Below, one piece after another: positions 1-9,491 of a stretch of DNA of 64,000 nt. The notes beneath the pieces are model-generated. The model did no database searches. It was not told where the DNA came from and saw nothing but the letters and a program-made list of their open reading frames with translations. The first letter of the stretch is position 1. The number at the start of each line of letters is the position of its first letter. Both the position numbers and the translations under genes were made by a program. The stretch is from assembly GCA_028716965.1 (NCBI GenBank), contig JAQUOV010000004.1, positions 8,377 through 72,376 of the forward strand, read 5' to 3'. This stretch comes from Candidatus Omnitrophota bacterium. GTDB taxonomy: Bacteria > Omnitrophota > Gorgyraeia > Gygaellales > Profunditerraquicolaceae.

Positions 1-3
1 AAA

Positions 4-504
4 ATGCCTAGTGAAATATCTGTCGAAGTGATCGCTTCAAAGATTCTAATGATTCGCGGTAAAAGGGTTATGCTGGATAGAGATTTGGCTAACCTTTATG
101 AAGTTGATACAAGACAATTAACCCGCCAGGTAAGACGTAATATTGATAGATTCCCGGATGATTTTATGTTTCAGTTAACGAGGGAGGAACTCCAAAACTT
201 GATGTGCCAAATTGGCACATCAAGTTGGGGCGGTAATCGTAAGTTTCCTTATGTTTTTACTGAACAGGGTGTGGCTATGCTTTCGGGAGTGTTACGCAGC
301 AAGAGAGCCATACAGGTAAATATTCAAATTATGCGTGCTTTTATCCAATTAAAACGCTTGTTATTAGCTAACGTAGATCTTAGGCGTAAGATTGAAGGGA
401 TGGAGAAGAAATACGATAAGCAATTTGCAATCGTATTTCAGGCTATTAAACAGCTGTTAGAGTCGGCTCCGGTAAAAGAAAAAAGGATAACCGGTTTTCG
501 TTAG
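4..504 (+). CDS. ORF6N (KilA-N-like) domain DNA-binding protein
   Basis: Characteristic motifs IRGKRVMLDRDLANLYEV, RNIDRFPDDFMFQLT, PYVFTEQGVAMLSGVL and a C-terminal 'RITGF' (variant of the usual IGF). Confidence 0.9.
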   Translation: MPSEISVEVIASKILMIRGKRVMLDRDLANLYEVDTRQLTRQVRRNIDRFPDDFMFQLTREELQNLMCQIGTSSWGGNRKFPYVFTEQGVAMLSGVLRSKRAIQVNIQIMRAFIQLKRLLLANVDLRRKIEGMEKKYDKQFAIVFQAIKQLLESAPVKEKRITGFR

Positions 505-642
505 ATATAAAGACGTTTTATATAACCCACCCAGCCTCTTCGATTTACAAAACAATTCTTTGCAATCAAGAAAAAACAATTGTCTCATAACCTTAAGATA
601 TATAAATAGATATATAAAGCGTCTTTGAAACTTTGAAAATGT

Positions 643-670
643 TTGCCAAAAACAGTATTTCTGTTATAAT
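643..670 (+). promoter_or_regulatory. Putative sigma70 promoter of the pur operon
   Basis: TTGCCA (643-648), 16-nt spacer, extended -10 TGtTATAAT (662-670), upstream of the AAGGAG RBS and purB start. Confidence 0.6.
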
Positions 671-701
671 ATATTTCCCTAAAGATTAAGAAGGAGATGA
701 G

Positions 702-1994
702 ATGATTGAACGTTACAGCCTGCCGGAAATGAAAGCCATCTGGCAGGAGGAGTTTAAGTTTAAGACCATGCTGTTGATTGAGATACTGGCGCTTGAGGCC
801 TACTCTCAAAAAAAGATCGTCCCGCCGCAGGCAGTAGAACGCATCAAACAAAAAGCCAGGTTCAACCTTACCGAAATCCGCAGGATTGAAGAGAGGACAC
901 AACATGATGTTGTAGCTTTTGTCTCTAATGTAGCCCAATATATAGGAAAAGACGCCCAATATCTGCATATGGGCCTTACCTCTTCCGATATACTGGATAC
1001 TACCCTGGGGGTGCAGCTAAAATCCGCTTCCGATATATTGATTGAAGATTTAGAAAAGCTATTGCAGGTCCTGGCGAAAAAAGCCGGTGTTTATAAAGAT
1101 ATGGCCTGTATCGGACGCACGCACGGGGTGCATGCCGAGCCGACTACATTTGGCTTAAAGCTGGCGCTCTGGTTTGATGAAACATCCAGGAACCTGGCGC
1201 GTTTAAAGCAAGCCAAAGATGAAATTTGTGTAGGAAAGCTTTCCGGGGCCGTAGGCACATATTCCAATATTGAGCCGTTTGTAGAAAGTTATGTCTGCAG
1301 GAAGCTTGCCCTTAAGCCGGTGAACATCGCAACGCAGGTAATACAGAGGGATGTATACGCACAATATATAGCTACTCTTGCGGTTATCGGAGCTTCCCTG
1401 GAAAAATTCGCTACCGAAATCCGGCATTTGCAAAAGACAGAGGTCCTGGAAGCGGAAGAGCCTTTTGGCAAGGGCCAGAAGGGTTCAAGCGCCATGCCGC
1501 ATAAGCGCAACCCGGTGATCTGTGAACGTATCTGCGGGTTAGCGCGCCTGTTGCGCGCCAACGCCCAGGTAGCTTTAGAGAATGTCGCGCTCTGGCATGA
1601 AAGGGATATCAGCCATTCTTCGGTTGAGCGCGTGATCTTCCCGGATTCTACTTTGGCCCTGGATTATATGCTCAATAAGTTTATGGAGGTAGTCTCCGGG
1701 ATGAAGGTGTATCCGGAAAACATGCTTTCTAACCTGGCAAAGACGCGCGGACTGATCTTTTCGCAGCGGGTGTTGATTGCTTTAATGAATAAAGGCTTGT
1801 CCCGCACAAAGGCATACGATTTAGTGCAAAAAGCAGCTATGAAGACCTGGAGCGGAACAGGAAATTTTAAAGATAATCTTTTATCTATTCCGGAGGCAGC
1901 GAAATACTTAAGCGCCAAAGAACTGGATAAGATATTTGACCTGGATTATTATCTGCGTAACGTAAATAAGATTTTTAAGAAGGTCGGTTTATAG
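702..1994 (+). CDS. purB: Adenylosuccinate lyase
   Basis: MIERYS start, GRTHGVHAEPTT, SSAMPHKRNP signature. Confidence 0.97.
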   Translation: MIERYSLPEMKAIWQEEFKFKTMLLIEILALEAYSQKKIVPPQAVERIKQKARFNLTEIRRIEERTQHDVVAFVSNVAQYIGKDAQYLHMGLTSSDILDTTLGVQLKSASDILIEDLEKLLQVLAKKAGVYKDMACIGRTHGVHAEPTTFGLKLALWFDETSRNLARLKQAKDEICVGKLSGAVGTYSNIEPFVESYVCRKLALKPVNIATQVIQRDVYAQYIATLAVIGASLEKFATEIRHLQKTEVLEAEEPFGKGQKGSSAMPHKRNPVICERICGLARLLRANAQVALENVALWHERDISHSSVERVIFPDSTLALDYMLNKFMEVVSGMKVYPENMLSNLAKTRGLIFSQRVLIALMNKGLSRTKAYDLVQKAAMKTWSGTGNFKDNLLSIPEAAKYLSAKELDKIFDLDYYLRNVNKIFKKVGL

Positions 1995-2032
1995 TATTTT
2001 TAATCCTTCCTTTTAAAGCCTCTTGGATAGAT

Positions 2033-4972
2033 ATGCAGTATAAAATAGAAGTAGTGGATAAACCCGGTATTTTTGACGCCATCGGCCAGGGTGTAAGGAA
2101 GGATATTCTTGACCTGGGGATAAACAGCGTTAAAGAGGTCAAGTTCATCCAGTGCTATATCCTCGAGGGTAATCTTACCGAAAACCAAGCCATTACAATC
2201 TGCCGGGAGCTTTTAACGGATAAAGTAGCGCAAGAGTACAGGATTGTATCTTCTTCCGGAAAAGCCCCTCTTAAAGCCAATCACCCGGCCTTATCGGATA
2301 GACCGGTGCGCGCCTCTGCGCTGCAGCATATAGTAGAAATCGCTTATAACCCGGGAGTGATGGACCCTGTAGAAGCATCGGTATTAAAAGGTATCCGCGA
2401 CCTGGGGATATTGGGAGCCGAATCAGTTAAGACCGCCAAAAAATATATTCTTTACGGAAAACTTTCCGCATCACAGCTAAAGACCATCTCGGAAAAACTT
2501 CTCTATAATAAGCTTATTCAGCATATAGTTGGCCCATCTCTGCCGCAGGGCGATATTAAGCATCAGCCCGGGTACTATTTTAATTTAGTTACAGTGGAGC
2601 TGCTTAAGGCTACAGACGCACGGCTTTTGGAGATAAGCAAGAAAGGCCAGCTCTTCCTGAATTTAGATGAGATGCGCCGGATCCGTGATTATTTCCGTAA
2701 GCAAAAACGCCAGCCCGTTGATTGCGAGCTGGAGACGATCGCCCAGACCTGGTCCGAACACTGTTACCATAAGACATTCCGCGGCAACATCGCCTATAAA
2801 GAAAGCAGGGCCGTTCCCGCCTTAGGGAACATGTCTATTAAAGGCTTGCTTAAGTCCACGATCATGAAGGCGACTAAAGAGTTGAATAAGAGCTGGTGTG
2901 TTTCTGTTTTTAAAGATAACGCCGGGGTGATCCGGTTTGATGAAAAAAACAATATCTGTTTTAAAGTTGAGACGCATAACCATCCGTCGGCCCTGGAGCC
3001 GTTCGGCGGGGCAAATACCGGTATCGGCGGGGTAATCCGCGACCCCATGGGCACGGGAATGGGCGCCAAACCGATCTTAAACAGCGATATATTTTGTTTT
3101 GCGCCGCCGGACCTGGAGTTTAATAAAGTGCCTGCCGGCTCTTTGCATCCGAAGCGGGTGATGAAGGGCGTAGTAAGCGGCGTGCGCGATTACGGCAACA
3201 AGATGGGGATCCCTACGGTAAACGGCGCGATATTGTTCCATAAGGATTTCGCAGGGAACCCGCTGGTATATTGCGGCACAGTGGGGATCATGCCCAAAGA
3301 TAAATCTTTTAAGAAAACCAATCCAGGCGACCTGGTGGTTGTTGTGGGCGGAGCAACCGGAAGGGACGGTATCCACGGAGCGACTTTTTCTTCCGGAGAG
3401 CTGACCCATGAATCCGAAACCATCTCAAGCGGCGCTGTGCAGATCGGCAATCCCATCCAGGAAAAAAAGATACTGGATACTATTTTGCAGGCCCGCGACA
3501 AAAACCTTTATAGCGCAATTACCGATTGCGGAGCAGGAGGCTTATCCAGCGCGGTAGGAGAGATGGGGGCGGAATTAGGGGCTAAAGTTTACCTGGACCG
3601 GGTGCCTTTAAAATACTCCGGACTCTCTTATATGGAGATATGGATATCCGAATCGCAGGAGAGGATGGTATTGTCCGTACCTTGCGGCAACATAGATAAG
3701 TTGATTGAGTTATTTGCCAGCGAAGATGTTGAGGCTACGGTAATCGGAGAGTTTACTAATACCAAAAGGCTTGAGCTTTATTACGAAGATAATCTGGTTT
3801 GTGATTTAGATATGCATTTCTTGCATGACGGCATACCGCAGGTTACCAAAAAAGCAGTATACACGCAGCCCAGGCACAAAGAGCCAAAAATACCTCTAAA
3901 GAAAAATCTTGCCGCCGACTTATTGAAACTGCTTGCGCATTACGATATCTGTTCCAAGGAGTGGATAATCCGGCAATATGACCATGAGGTGCAGGGCGGC
4001 TCGGTGATCAAGCCTTTGACAGGCATTGTCAACGACGGACCCTCTGACGCCAGTGTCACCAGGCCTTTGTTTGGTTGCCGCAAAGGAATAATCATTTCAA
4101 ACGGCATAAATTTCCGTTTTGGTTTTATTGACCCTTACTGGATGGCAGCATCCTGCATCGATGAAGCGTTGCGCCAGATTATTGCAGTGGGGGGGTCGCT
4201 TGAGGAGGTGGCGATACTGGATAATTTCTGCTGGGGCAACCCGGATAAACCCGACCGTTTAGGCAGCCTGGTGCGCGCTGCTTACGGCTGTTATGATGCC
4301 GCTAAAGCATACGGCGTGCCTTTTATCTCCGGCAAAGACAGCCTTTATAATGAATTCAGCGTGCACGGCAGGTCAACGGCTATTCCCGGCACGCTGCTTA
4401 TTTCGGCAATCAGCGTGATGAAAGACATAAATAAATCCGTATCCATGTACGCAAAAGAACCGGGCAATCTGGTCTATATAGCGGGAAAGACCCGCGATGA
4501 ATTAGGCGGCTCGCATTATTATGATTTATATAACGCCATCGGCAACCAGGTGCCTAAACTTAAGTACCGGGAGTCAAAAAGAACATTTACTGCTTTGAGC
4601 AAGGCGGCAGAAAAAGGCCTGGTTGAGTCCATGCATGATTGTTCTGACGGAGGGCTGGCAGTGGCGCTTTCCGAGATGGCTTTTAGCGGAGGCTTGGGCG
4701 CTGAAATATTCTTATCCGAAGCGCCTTATGAATCGTCAAACCCGAGAAATGACTTCCTGCTTTTTTCAGAGTCCAACTCCCGTTTTGTGGTAGAGGTAGA
4801 GAGGAAGAATAAAGAAAGGTTTGAGAAAATATTAAAGGGCGCGGATTTCGGGCTTGCAGGATGCTTAACAGGCGGCAATAATTTCAAGATATACGGCTTA
4901 GACGGCAAGCTTTGCGTGGATGCAGATACGCGTAGATTGAAAGAAAGCTGGCAAAAACCTTTAAGCTGGTAA
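2033..4972 (+). CDS. purL: Phosphoribosylformylglycinamidine synthase PurL with N-terminal tandem PurS-like domains
   Basis: QTWSEHCYHK, KVETHNHPSALEPFGGA, DCGAGGLSSA, SESQERM; N-terminus has two 'PGxxD' PurS-like repeats. Confidence 0.95.
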   Translation: MQYKIEVVDKPGIFDAIGQGVRKDILDLGINSVKEVKFIQCYILEGNLTENQAITICRELLTDKVAQEYRIVSSSGKAPLKANHPALSDRPVRASALQHIVEIAYNPGVMDPVEASVLKGIRDLGILGAESVKTAKKYILYGKLSASQLKTISEKLLYNKLIQHIVGPSLPQGDIKHQPGYYFNLVTVELLKATDARLLEISKKGQLFLNLDEMRRIRDYFRKQKRQPVDCELETIAQTWSEHCYHKTFRGNIAYKESRAVPALGNMSIKGLLKSTIMKATKELNKSWCVSVFKDNAGVIRFDEKNNICFKVETHNHPSALEPFGGANTGIGGVIRDPMGTGMGAKPILNSDIFCFAPPDLEFNKVPAGSLHPKRVMKGVVSGVRDYGNKMGIPTVNGAILFHKDFAGNPLVYCGTVGIMPKDKSFKKTNPGDLVVVVGGATGRDGIHGATFSSGELTHESETISSGAVQIGNPIQEKKILDTILQARDKNLYSAITDCGAGGLSSAVGEMGAELGAKVYLDRVPLKYSGLSYMEIWISESQERMVLSVPCGNIDKLIELFASEDVEATVIGEFTNTKRLELYYEDNLVCDLDMHFLHDGIPQVTKKAVYTQPRHKEPKIPLKKNLAADLLKLLAHYDICSKEWIIRQYDHEVQGGSVIKPLTGIVNDGPSDASVTRPLFGCRKGIIISNGINFRFGFIDPYWMAASCIDEALRQIIAVGGSLEEVAILDNFCWGNPDKPDRLGSLVRAAYGCYDAAKAYGVPFISGKDSLYNEFSVHGRSTAIPGTLLISAISVMKDINKSVSMYAKEPGNLVYIAGKTRDELGGSHYYDLYNAIGNQVPKLKYRESKRTFTALSKAAEKGLVESMHDCSDGGLAVALSEMAFSGGLGAEIFLSEAPYESSNPRNDFLLFSESNSRFVVEVERKNKERFEKILKGADFGLAGCLTGGNNFKIYGLDGKLCVDADTRRLKESWQKPLSW

Positions 4973-4984
4973 GGGGGGTTTGAG

Positions 4985-5662
4985 ATGTCTAAAATAAAAT
5001 CGTGCGCTAAAAAAGATATGCTTGCCAGGGATGATTTTATCCAGGATGATACCTGGAGGATATTCCGTATTATGTCGGAGTTCGTGGACGGCTTTGAGAT
5101 ACTTTCCAGGGTAGGCAAGGCGGTTTCTATCTTCGGCTCGGCGCGCGCCAAACCCGAAAGCAGGCATTATAAGCACGCCGAGGAGATAGCTTATAATATC
5201 GCCAAGGCAGGCTACGCCGTAATTACCGGAAGCGGCCCGGGGCTGATGGAAGCTGCCAACAAAGGCGCCCGCAGGGCAGACGGTTATTCTATCGGATTAA
5301 ATATCCAGCTCCCCTGCGAACAGAAGCCGAACAGGTTCGTAGATACTGTTTTGAGCTTCCGTTATTTTTTCGTACGCAAGGTGATGTTTGTAAAATACGC
5401 CAAGGCTTTTGTAATCTTACCCGGAGGGTACGGCACGCTGGATGAGTTCTTTGAAGCAATTACACTTATTCAGACCAACAGGATAGCCAAATTTCCGGTG
5501 GTCCTTTTTGACAGCAAATATTGGAGGCCGTTATTGGATTGGTTGAAGTCCACGGTTTACAAACACGGCAATATAGACAAAGAGGATATGGAGTTGTTTG
5601 TTTTAGCCGATAACCCCAAAGAGGTGGTGCAGGCTATAAAAAGATTTTATGAAAAAGATTAA
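4985..5662 (+). CDS. LOG family (TIGR00730-like) nucleotide monophosphate nucleosidase / Rossmann-fold protein
   Basis: VSIFGSAR, ITGSGPGLMEAAN, PGGYGTLDE motifs. Confidence 0.92.
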   Translation: MSKIKSCAKKDMLARDDFIQDDTWRIFRIMSEFVDGFEILSRVGKAVSIFGSARAKPESRHYKHAEEIAYNIAKAGYAVITGSGPGLMEAANKGARRADGYSIGLNIQLPCEQKPNRFVDTVLSFRYFFVRKVMFVKYAKAFVILPGGYGTLDEFFEAITLIQTNRIAKFPVVLFDSKYWRPLLDWLKSTVYKHGNIDKEDMELFVLADNPKEVVQAIKRFYEKD

Positions 5663-6428
5663 AGTTTGTATTTTAAGAAGCGCAGGCACTAATTGCGACA
5701 AGGAGACCGCAGCGGCATTTAAGATTGCCGGGGCAGAGCCGGAACTATTGCATATCAACAGCCTGGTAAGCCGCAAGCGCGTGCTTGGCGATTTCCATAT
5801 ACTGGCCCTTCCCGGAGGTTTTAGCTATGGCGACGATATTGCCTCGGGTAAAATATTTGCCAATGAGTTAAGGTTTAAGCTGGCGGATTCCCTGCGCCAG
5901 TTCATCGCCGAAGGAAAACTGATCATCGGTATCTGCAATGGTTTCCAGATTTTAGTTAAAAGCGGGCTTCTCCCGGGGTCTAAAGACCTAAAACAAGATA
6001 CCAGCCTGATCATCAATGACTCCGGTAAATTTGAAGCACGCTGGGTGTATCTTAAGCCGGGTGGAAAATGTGTATGGACAAAGGGCTTAAAGAAGGCCAT
6101 CTATCTTCCCGTAGCCCACGGGGAAGGAAAATTTGTCACGCAGGATAGATCTGTATTGAACCGGCTTAAAAAGAACAGGCAGGTTGTTTTTCAATATTGC
6201 GACGCAGAAGGCAGATTGTGCGCTTACCCGGGCAACCCGAACGGCTCAATAGAAAATATTGCCGGCATCACTGACCAGACAGGCAGGATCCTGGGTTTGA
6301 TGCCGCATCCGGAAAGGCATATCTACGCAGCAGCTCATCCGCGTAAATGGGGATTAAGATTTAACCGTGAAGGGGACGGCTTACAAATATTCAGAAATGG
6401 AGTGGAATATGTTAAAGAAAATCTGTGA
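5649..6428 (+). CDS. purQ: FGAM synthase glutaminase subunit
   Basis: GTNCD, PGGFSYGD, GICNGFQ, MPHPER. Confidence 0.96.
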   Translation: MKKIKVCILRSAGTNCDKETAAAFKIAGAEPELLHINSLVSRKRVLGDFHILALPGGFSYGDDIASGKIFANELRFKLADSLRQFIAEGKLIIGICNGFQILVKSGLLPGSKDLKQDTSLIINDSGKFEARWVYLKPGGKCVWTKGLKKAIYLPVAHGEGKFVTQDRSVLNRLKKNRQVVFQYCDAEGRLCAYPGNPNGSIENIAGITDQTGRILGLMPHPERHIYAAAHPRKWGLRFNREGDGLQIFRNGVEYVKENL

Positions 6429-7884
6429 ATACAAGCGATGCCTGCCTGCCGACAGGCAGGAGCCAAAAGAGTATTGCGGGTTATTCGGGATAACTAATAA
6501 CAGGCAGGCAGTCTGGCTTACCTACCTTGGGCTTTTTGCCCAGCAGCACCGCGGCCAGGAGGCATGCGGGATCGTGGCGAATAACCAGGGGGTGCTTTCC
6601 ATCCATAAGAATATGGGGTTGGTCAGCGATGTATTCAGCGAGCAGGTGTTAAGCCGCCTGAAAGGGAATATAGCGGTGGGGCATGTGCGGTATTCTACTA
6701 CCGGCTCAAGCGTGTTAAAAAACTCCCAGCCGCTTTTGATTGACTACGCCAACGGCTCTATCTGTATCGCGCATAACGGCAACCTGGTGAATTCGCTTGA
6801 GCTGCGCCAGAAGCTTGAGAAAAGCGGTTCCATCTTTCAGACTACAACCGATTCGGAACTGGTCATCCATCTTATGGCGCGCAGCAATAAGCGCAGCCTG
6901 GAGGACAGCCTGGTTTATGCTTTAAAAAGGGTCAAAGGCGCCTATTCACTGGTATTGATGAACAGCAATTATTTAATCGGCGTAAGGGACCCGCACGGTT
7001 TCCGGCCGCTGGTTTTAGGGAAACTCGGCGCTTCATACTGCCTTGCTTCGGAGACTTGCGCTTTTGATTTGATCGGCGCTAAATTCGTGCGCGAGATTGA
7101 GCCCGGGGAGATAGTGCTGATTAATAACCAGGGTGATATAAAATCAATCAAGCCGAAAGAGCTGCTTGCCTGCCACCATTCGTTTTGTATCTTTGAGCAT
7201 GTTTATTTTTCCCGGCCGGATTCCAATGTCTTCGGCGAGACCGTGCATACTGTCCGGCGCAAGCTGGGCGCGCGATTAGCCAAAGAATACCCGGTAGAAG
7301 CTGATTTTGTGGTCCCGGTGCCGGACTCCGGGTTTTCAGCGGCCCTGGGCTATTCGCAGGAATCAGGTATCCCGTTGGAGATGGGGATCATCCGCAACCA
7401 TTATGTGGGCAGGACATTTATCCAGCCGGCGCAGGATTCCCGGGATATGGGGGTGCGGGTAAAGTTTAATATTTTAAAGGATATCCTTAAGGGCAAGCGC
7501 ATTATCGTAGTTGATGATTCTATTGTGCGCGGCACAACTTCAAAGATCCGCGTGCGCAACCTGCGTAAGGCCGGGGTAAAAGAGGTACATTTGAGGATCT
7601 CCTGCCCGGCGCACCGCTTTCCGTGTTTTTACGGGATTGATTTCCACCGCGCAAGCGAACTGATCGCAAATAAATACGATAGCCTGGAGAAGATCAGTAA
7701 ATATCTTGAGGTAGACAGCCTGGGATATTTAAGCTTAGAAGGGATGTTGGGCTGCCTTAAGCATCCTAAGGAAAGCTATTGCGCTTCATGCTGGACAGGA
7801 AAATACCCGTTAAGGCCGGAGAAGAGGCATAGTAAGTTTTCTTTAGAGAGAAGCTGCTGCGGACAGGGGGAGTTACAAGTATAA
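6409..7884 (+). CDS. purF: Amidophosphoribosyltransferase
   Basis: CGLFG Ntn nucleophile, QHRGQE, GHVRYST, VDDSIVRGTT; start placed at ATG 6409 behind a GGAG RBS rather than the ORF-track GTG. Confidence 0.95.
   Translation: MLKKICEYKRCLPADRQEPKEYCGLFGITNNRQAVWLTYLGLFAQQHRGQEACGIVANNQGVLSIHKNMGLVSDVFSEQVLSRLKGNIAVGHVRYSTTGSSVLKNSQPLLIDYANGSICIAHNGNLVNSLELRQKLEKSGSIFQTTTDSELVIHLMARSNKRSLEDSLVYALKRVKGAYSLVLMNSNYLIGVRDPHGFRPLVLGKLGASYCLASETCAFDLIGAKFVREIEPGEIVLINNQGDIKSIKPKELLACHHSFCIFEHVYFSRPDSNVFGETVHTVRRKLGARLAKEYPVEADFVVPVPDSGFSAALGYSQESGIPLEMGIIRNHYVGRTFIQPAQDSRDMGVRVKFNILKDILKGKRIIVVDDSIVRGTTSKIRVRNLRKAGVKEVHLRISCPAHRFPCFYGIDFHRASELIANKYDSLEKISKYLEVDSLGYLSLEGMLGCLKHPKESYCASCWTGKYPLRPEKRHSKFSLERSCCGQGELQV
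6441..6460. repeat. Short palindrome CCTGCCTGCCGACAGGCAGG inside the PurF propeptide
   Basis: 8-bp perfect stem CCTGCCTG/CAGGCAGG with a 4-nt loop, translated in frame as CLPADRQ. Confidence 0.7.
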
Positions 7885-7893
7885 AATAAGTAT

Positions 7894-7974
7894 TTAGTGT
7901 TTTACGGGTCCTGTCGAGCCTTGTTTTCGCCGCACATTGCGGCTCAAATCAAGTCTCGCCACCCGTAAAACTAA
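7894..7974. repeat. Family D palindromic repeat, copy 1 (purF-purM)
   Basis: TTTTACGGGT...ACCCGTAAAA hairpin; core nearly identical to 19477-19547. Confidence 0.85.
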
Positions 7975-8000
7975 TCAAGCATTTTATACAAAGGAGATAA

Positions 8001-9008
8001 GTGGTGGGGAAAATAACGTATAAGAAATCCGGAGTGGATATTGCCGGCGCCAATGTTTTTAAAAATAAGATAAAAAGTTTAGTCAGGAGATCCTTCCGCA
8101 AAGAGGTGCTTACGGATATCGGGGGTTTCGGCAGCTTCTTTAAATTACATAAGAATCAGTATAAAGACCCGGTGCTTGTCTCATCAAGCGACGGGGTGGG
8201 GACAAAACTGGTAATTGCAAAGCTGGTTAATAAGCATGATACAGTCGGAATTGATGCGGTGGCGATGAATGTTAACGACATCCTTTGCACCGGAGCCCAG
8301 CCGCTTTTCTTCCTGGATTATGTGGCTTTCAGCAAGGTCAAGGAGGATGTTTTAATTGATGTAGTAAGCGGAATAAATAAAGGTTGCATAGAGAGCGGTT
8401 GCTCGCTTATCGGAGGCGAGACCGCGCAGATGCCTGGGATGTATAAAGACGGTGAATACGATATCGCCGGTTTCTGCGTGGGGGTTGTAGAAAGGAATAA
8501 GATAATTAACGGCAAAAAGATTGAAGTTGGCGATAAGATAATCGGCATTGCCTCAAGCGGCCTGCATTCTAACGGCTATTCTTTGGTAAGAAAAGTTTTT
8601 AATCCCGCAGAACTAAAGAGAATGGGCGCGGAGCTGCTTAAACCTACGCGCATTTATGTTAAGCCTGTCTTAGAGATATTGCGCCAGTACGCAGAATCCG
8701 TCCATGGGGTAGCCCATATTACCGGAGGAGCATTTTACGATAAGATAAGCCGCGTATTGCCGAAAAATATTAACGCCCGTATAGAGAAGAATTCCTGGAT
8801 GCCACCCGAAATATTCCGCCTCATCCAGAGGAAAGGTAATATTGAAGATAAAGAGATGTATCATACCCTGAATATGGGCATTGGCCTGATTTTAGTTGTC
8901 AATGCGCAAGAAGCTTCAGCAATAATCAAGAAATTATCTGAATTGAAATTAAGGTCCTGGGTCATCGGCCAGGCAGTAAAGGGCAGGAGAAAGGTTGAGG
9001 TAGTATAG
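8001..9008 (+). CDS. purM: Phosphoribosylformylglycinamidine cyclo-ligase
   Basis: TYKKSGVDI, DGVGTK, GGETAQMP, SSGLHSNGYSL. Confidence 0.97.
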   Translation: MVGKITYKKSGVDIAGANVFKNKIKSLVRRSFRKEVLTDIGGFGSFFKLHKNQYKDPVLVSSSDGVGTKLVIAKLVNKHDTVGIDAVAMNVNDILCTGAQPLFFLDYVAFSKVKEDVLIDVVSGINKGCIESGCSLIGGETAQMPGMYKDGEYDIAGFCVGVVERNKIINGKKIEVGDKIIGIASSGLHSNGYSLVRKVFNPAELKRMGAELLKPTRIYVKPVLEILRQYAESVHGVAHITGGAFYDKISRVLPKNINARIEKNSWMPPEIFRLIQRKGNIEDKEMYHTLNMGIGLILVVNAQEASAIIKKLSELKLRSWVIGQAVKGRRKVEVV

Positions 9009-9023
9009 GGGGAGGCAATCAGG

Positions 9024-9491
9024 ATGGACGCTTATATAGAATTATTAAAAGAGTCTTATTATAAAGAGCGTAAAAAGCTTGAGGGGATGTGGATTTTTAA
9101 TCAAGAAGGGAAGCTAAGATTTCTGGCGGCAAGAAAAGAGATGCTGGATAAGGCTAAAGAGAACCTTTCCATATCACAAATGTTAGGCCGGCAGGATATT
9201 ACAGAAGATATTAAGGAAAATTTACTGCGCGACCGCAATAATGCAGAAAAAATAGAGGAATATTTGAAGAAGGCTATTGAGGGCGAGTTTTCGAATATTG
9301 AAAATGATGAAAAGGCGGAATTGAGGAACTCACAATATTCTTGCGATGATTACGCGGAATATGTATTGCAGATAGAGAAGGTAAATGCCCTGGAGGCGGA
9401 ATTAGAAAATAACCGTATGTTCTCTGATGCGGTTTATGAAGAGCAGAAAGCAATTGCCGAAGGTAAGAATAAAACAGGAGGTGGGGAATGA
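9024..9491 (+). CDS. Hypothetical acidic, coiled-coil-rich protein
   Basis: GGAGG RBS, coupled to the next gene; no recognised motif. Confidence 0.7.
   Translation: MDAYIELLKESYYKERKKLEGMWIFNQEGKLRFLAARKEMLDKAKENLSISQMLGRQDITEDIKENLLRDRNNAEKIEEYLKKAIEGEFSNIENDEKAELRNSQYSCDDYAEYVLQIEKVNALEAELENNRMFSDAVYEEQKAIAEGKNKTGGGE

Noticed and set aside
4-504. ORF6N gene as evidence of a prophage
   Set aside because: No other phage genes are in the window; such genes often occur as solitary insertions, and the upstream context is not visible.
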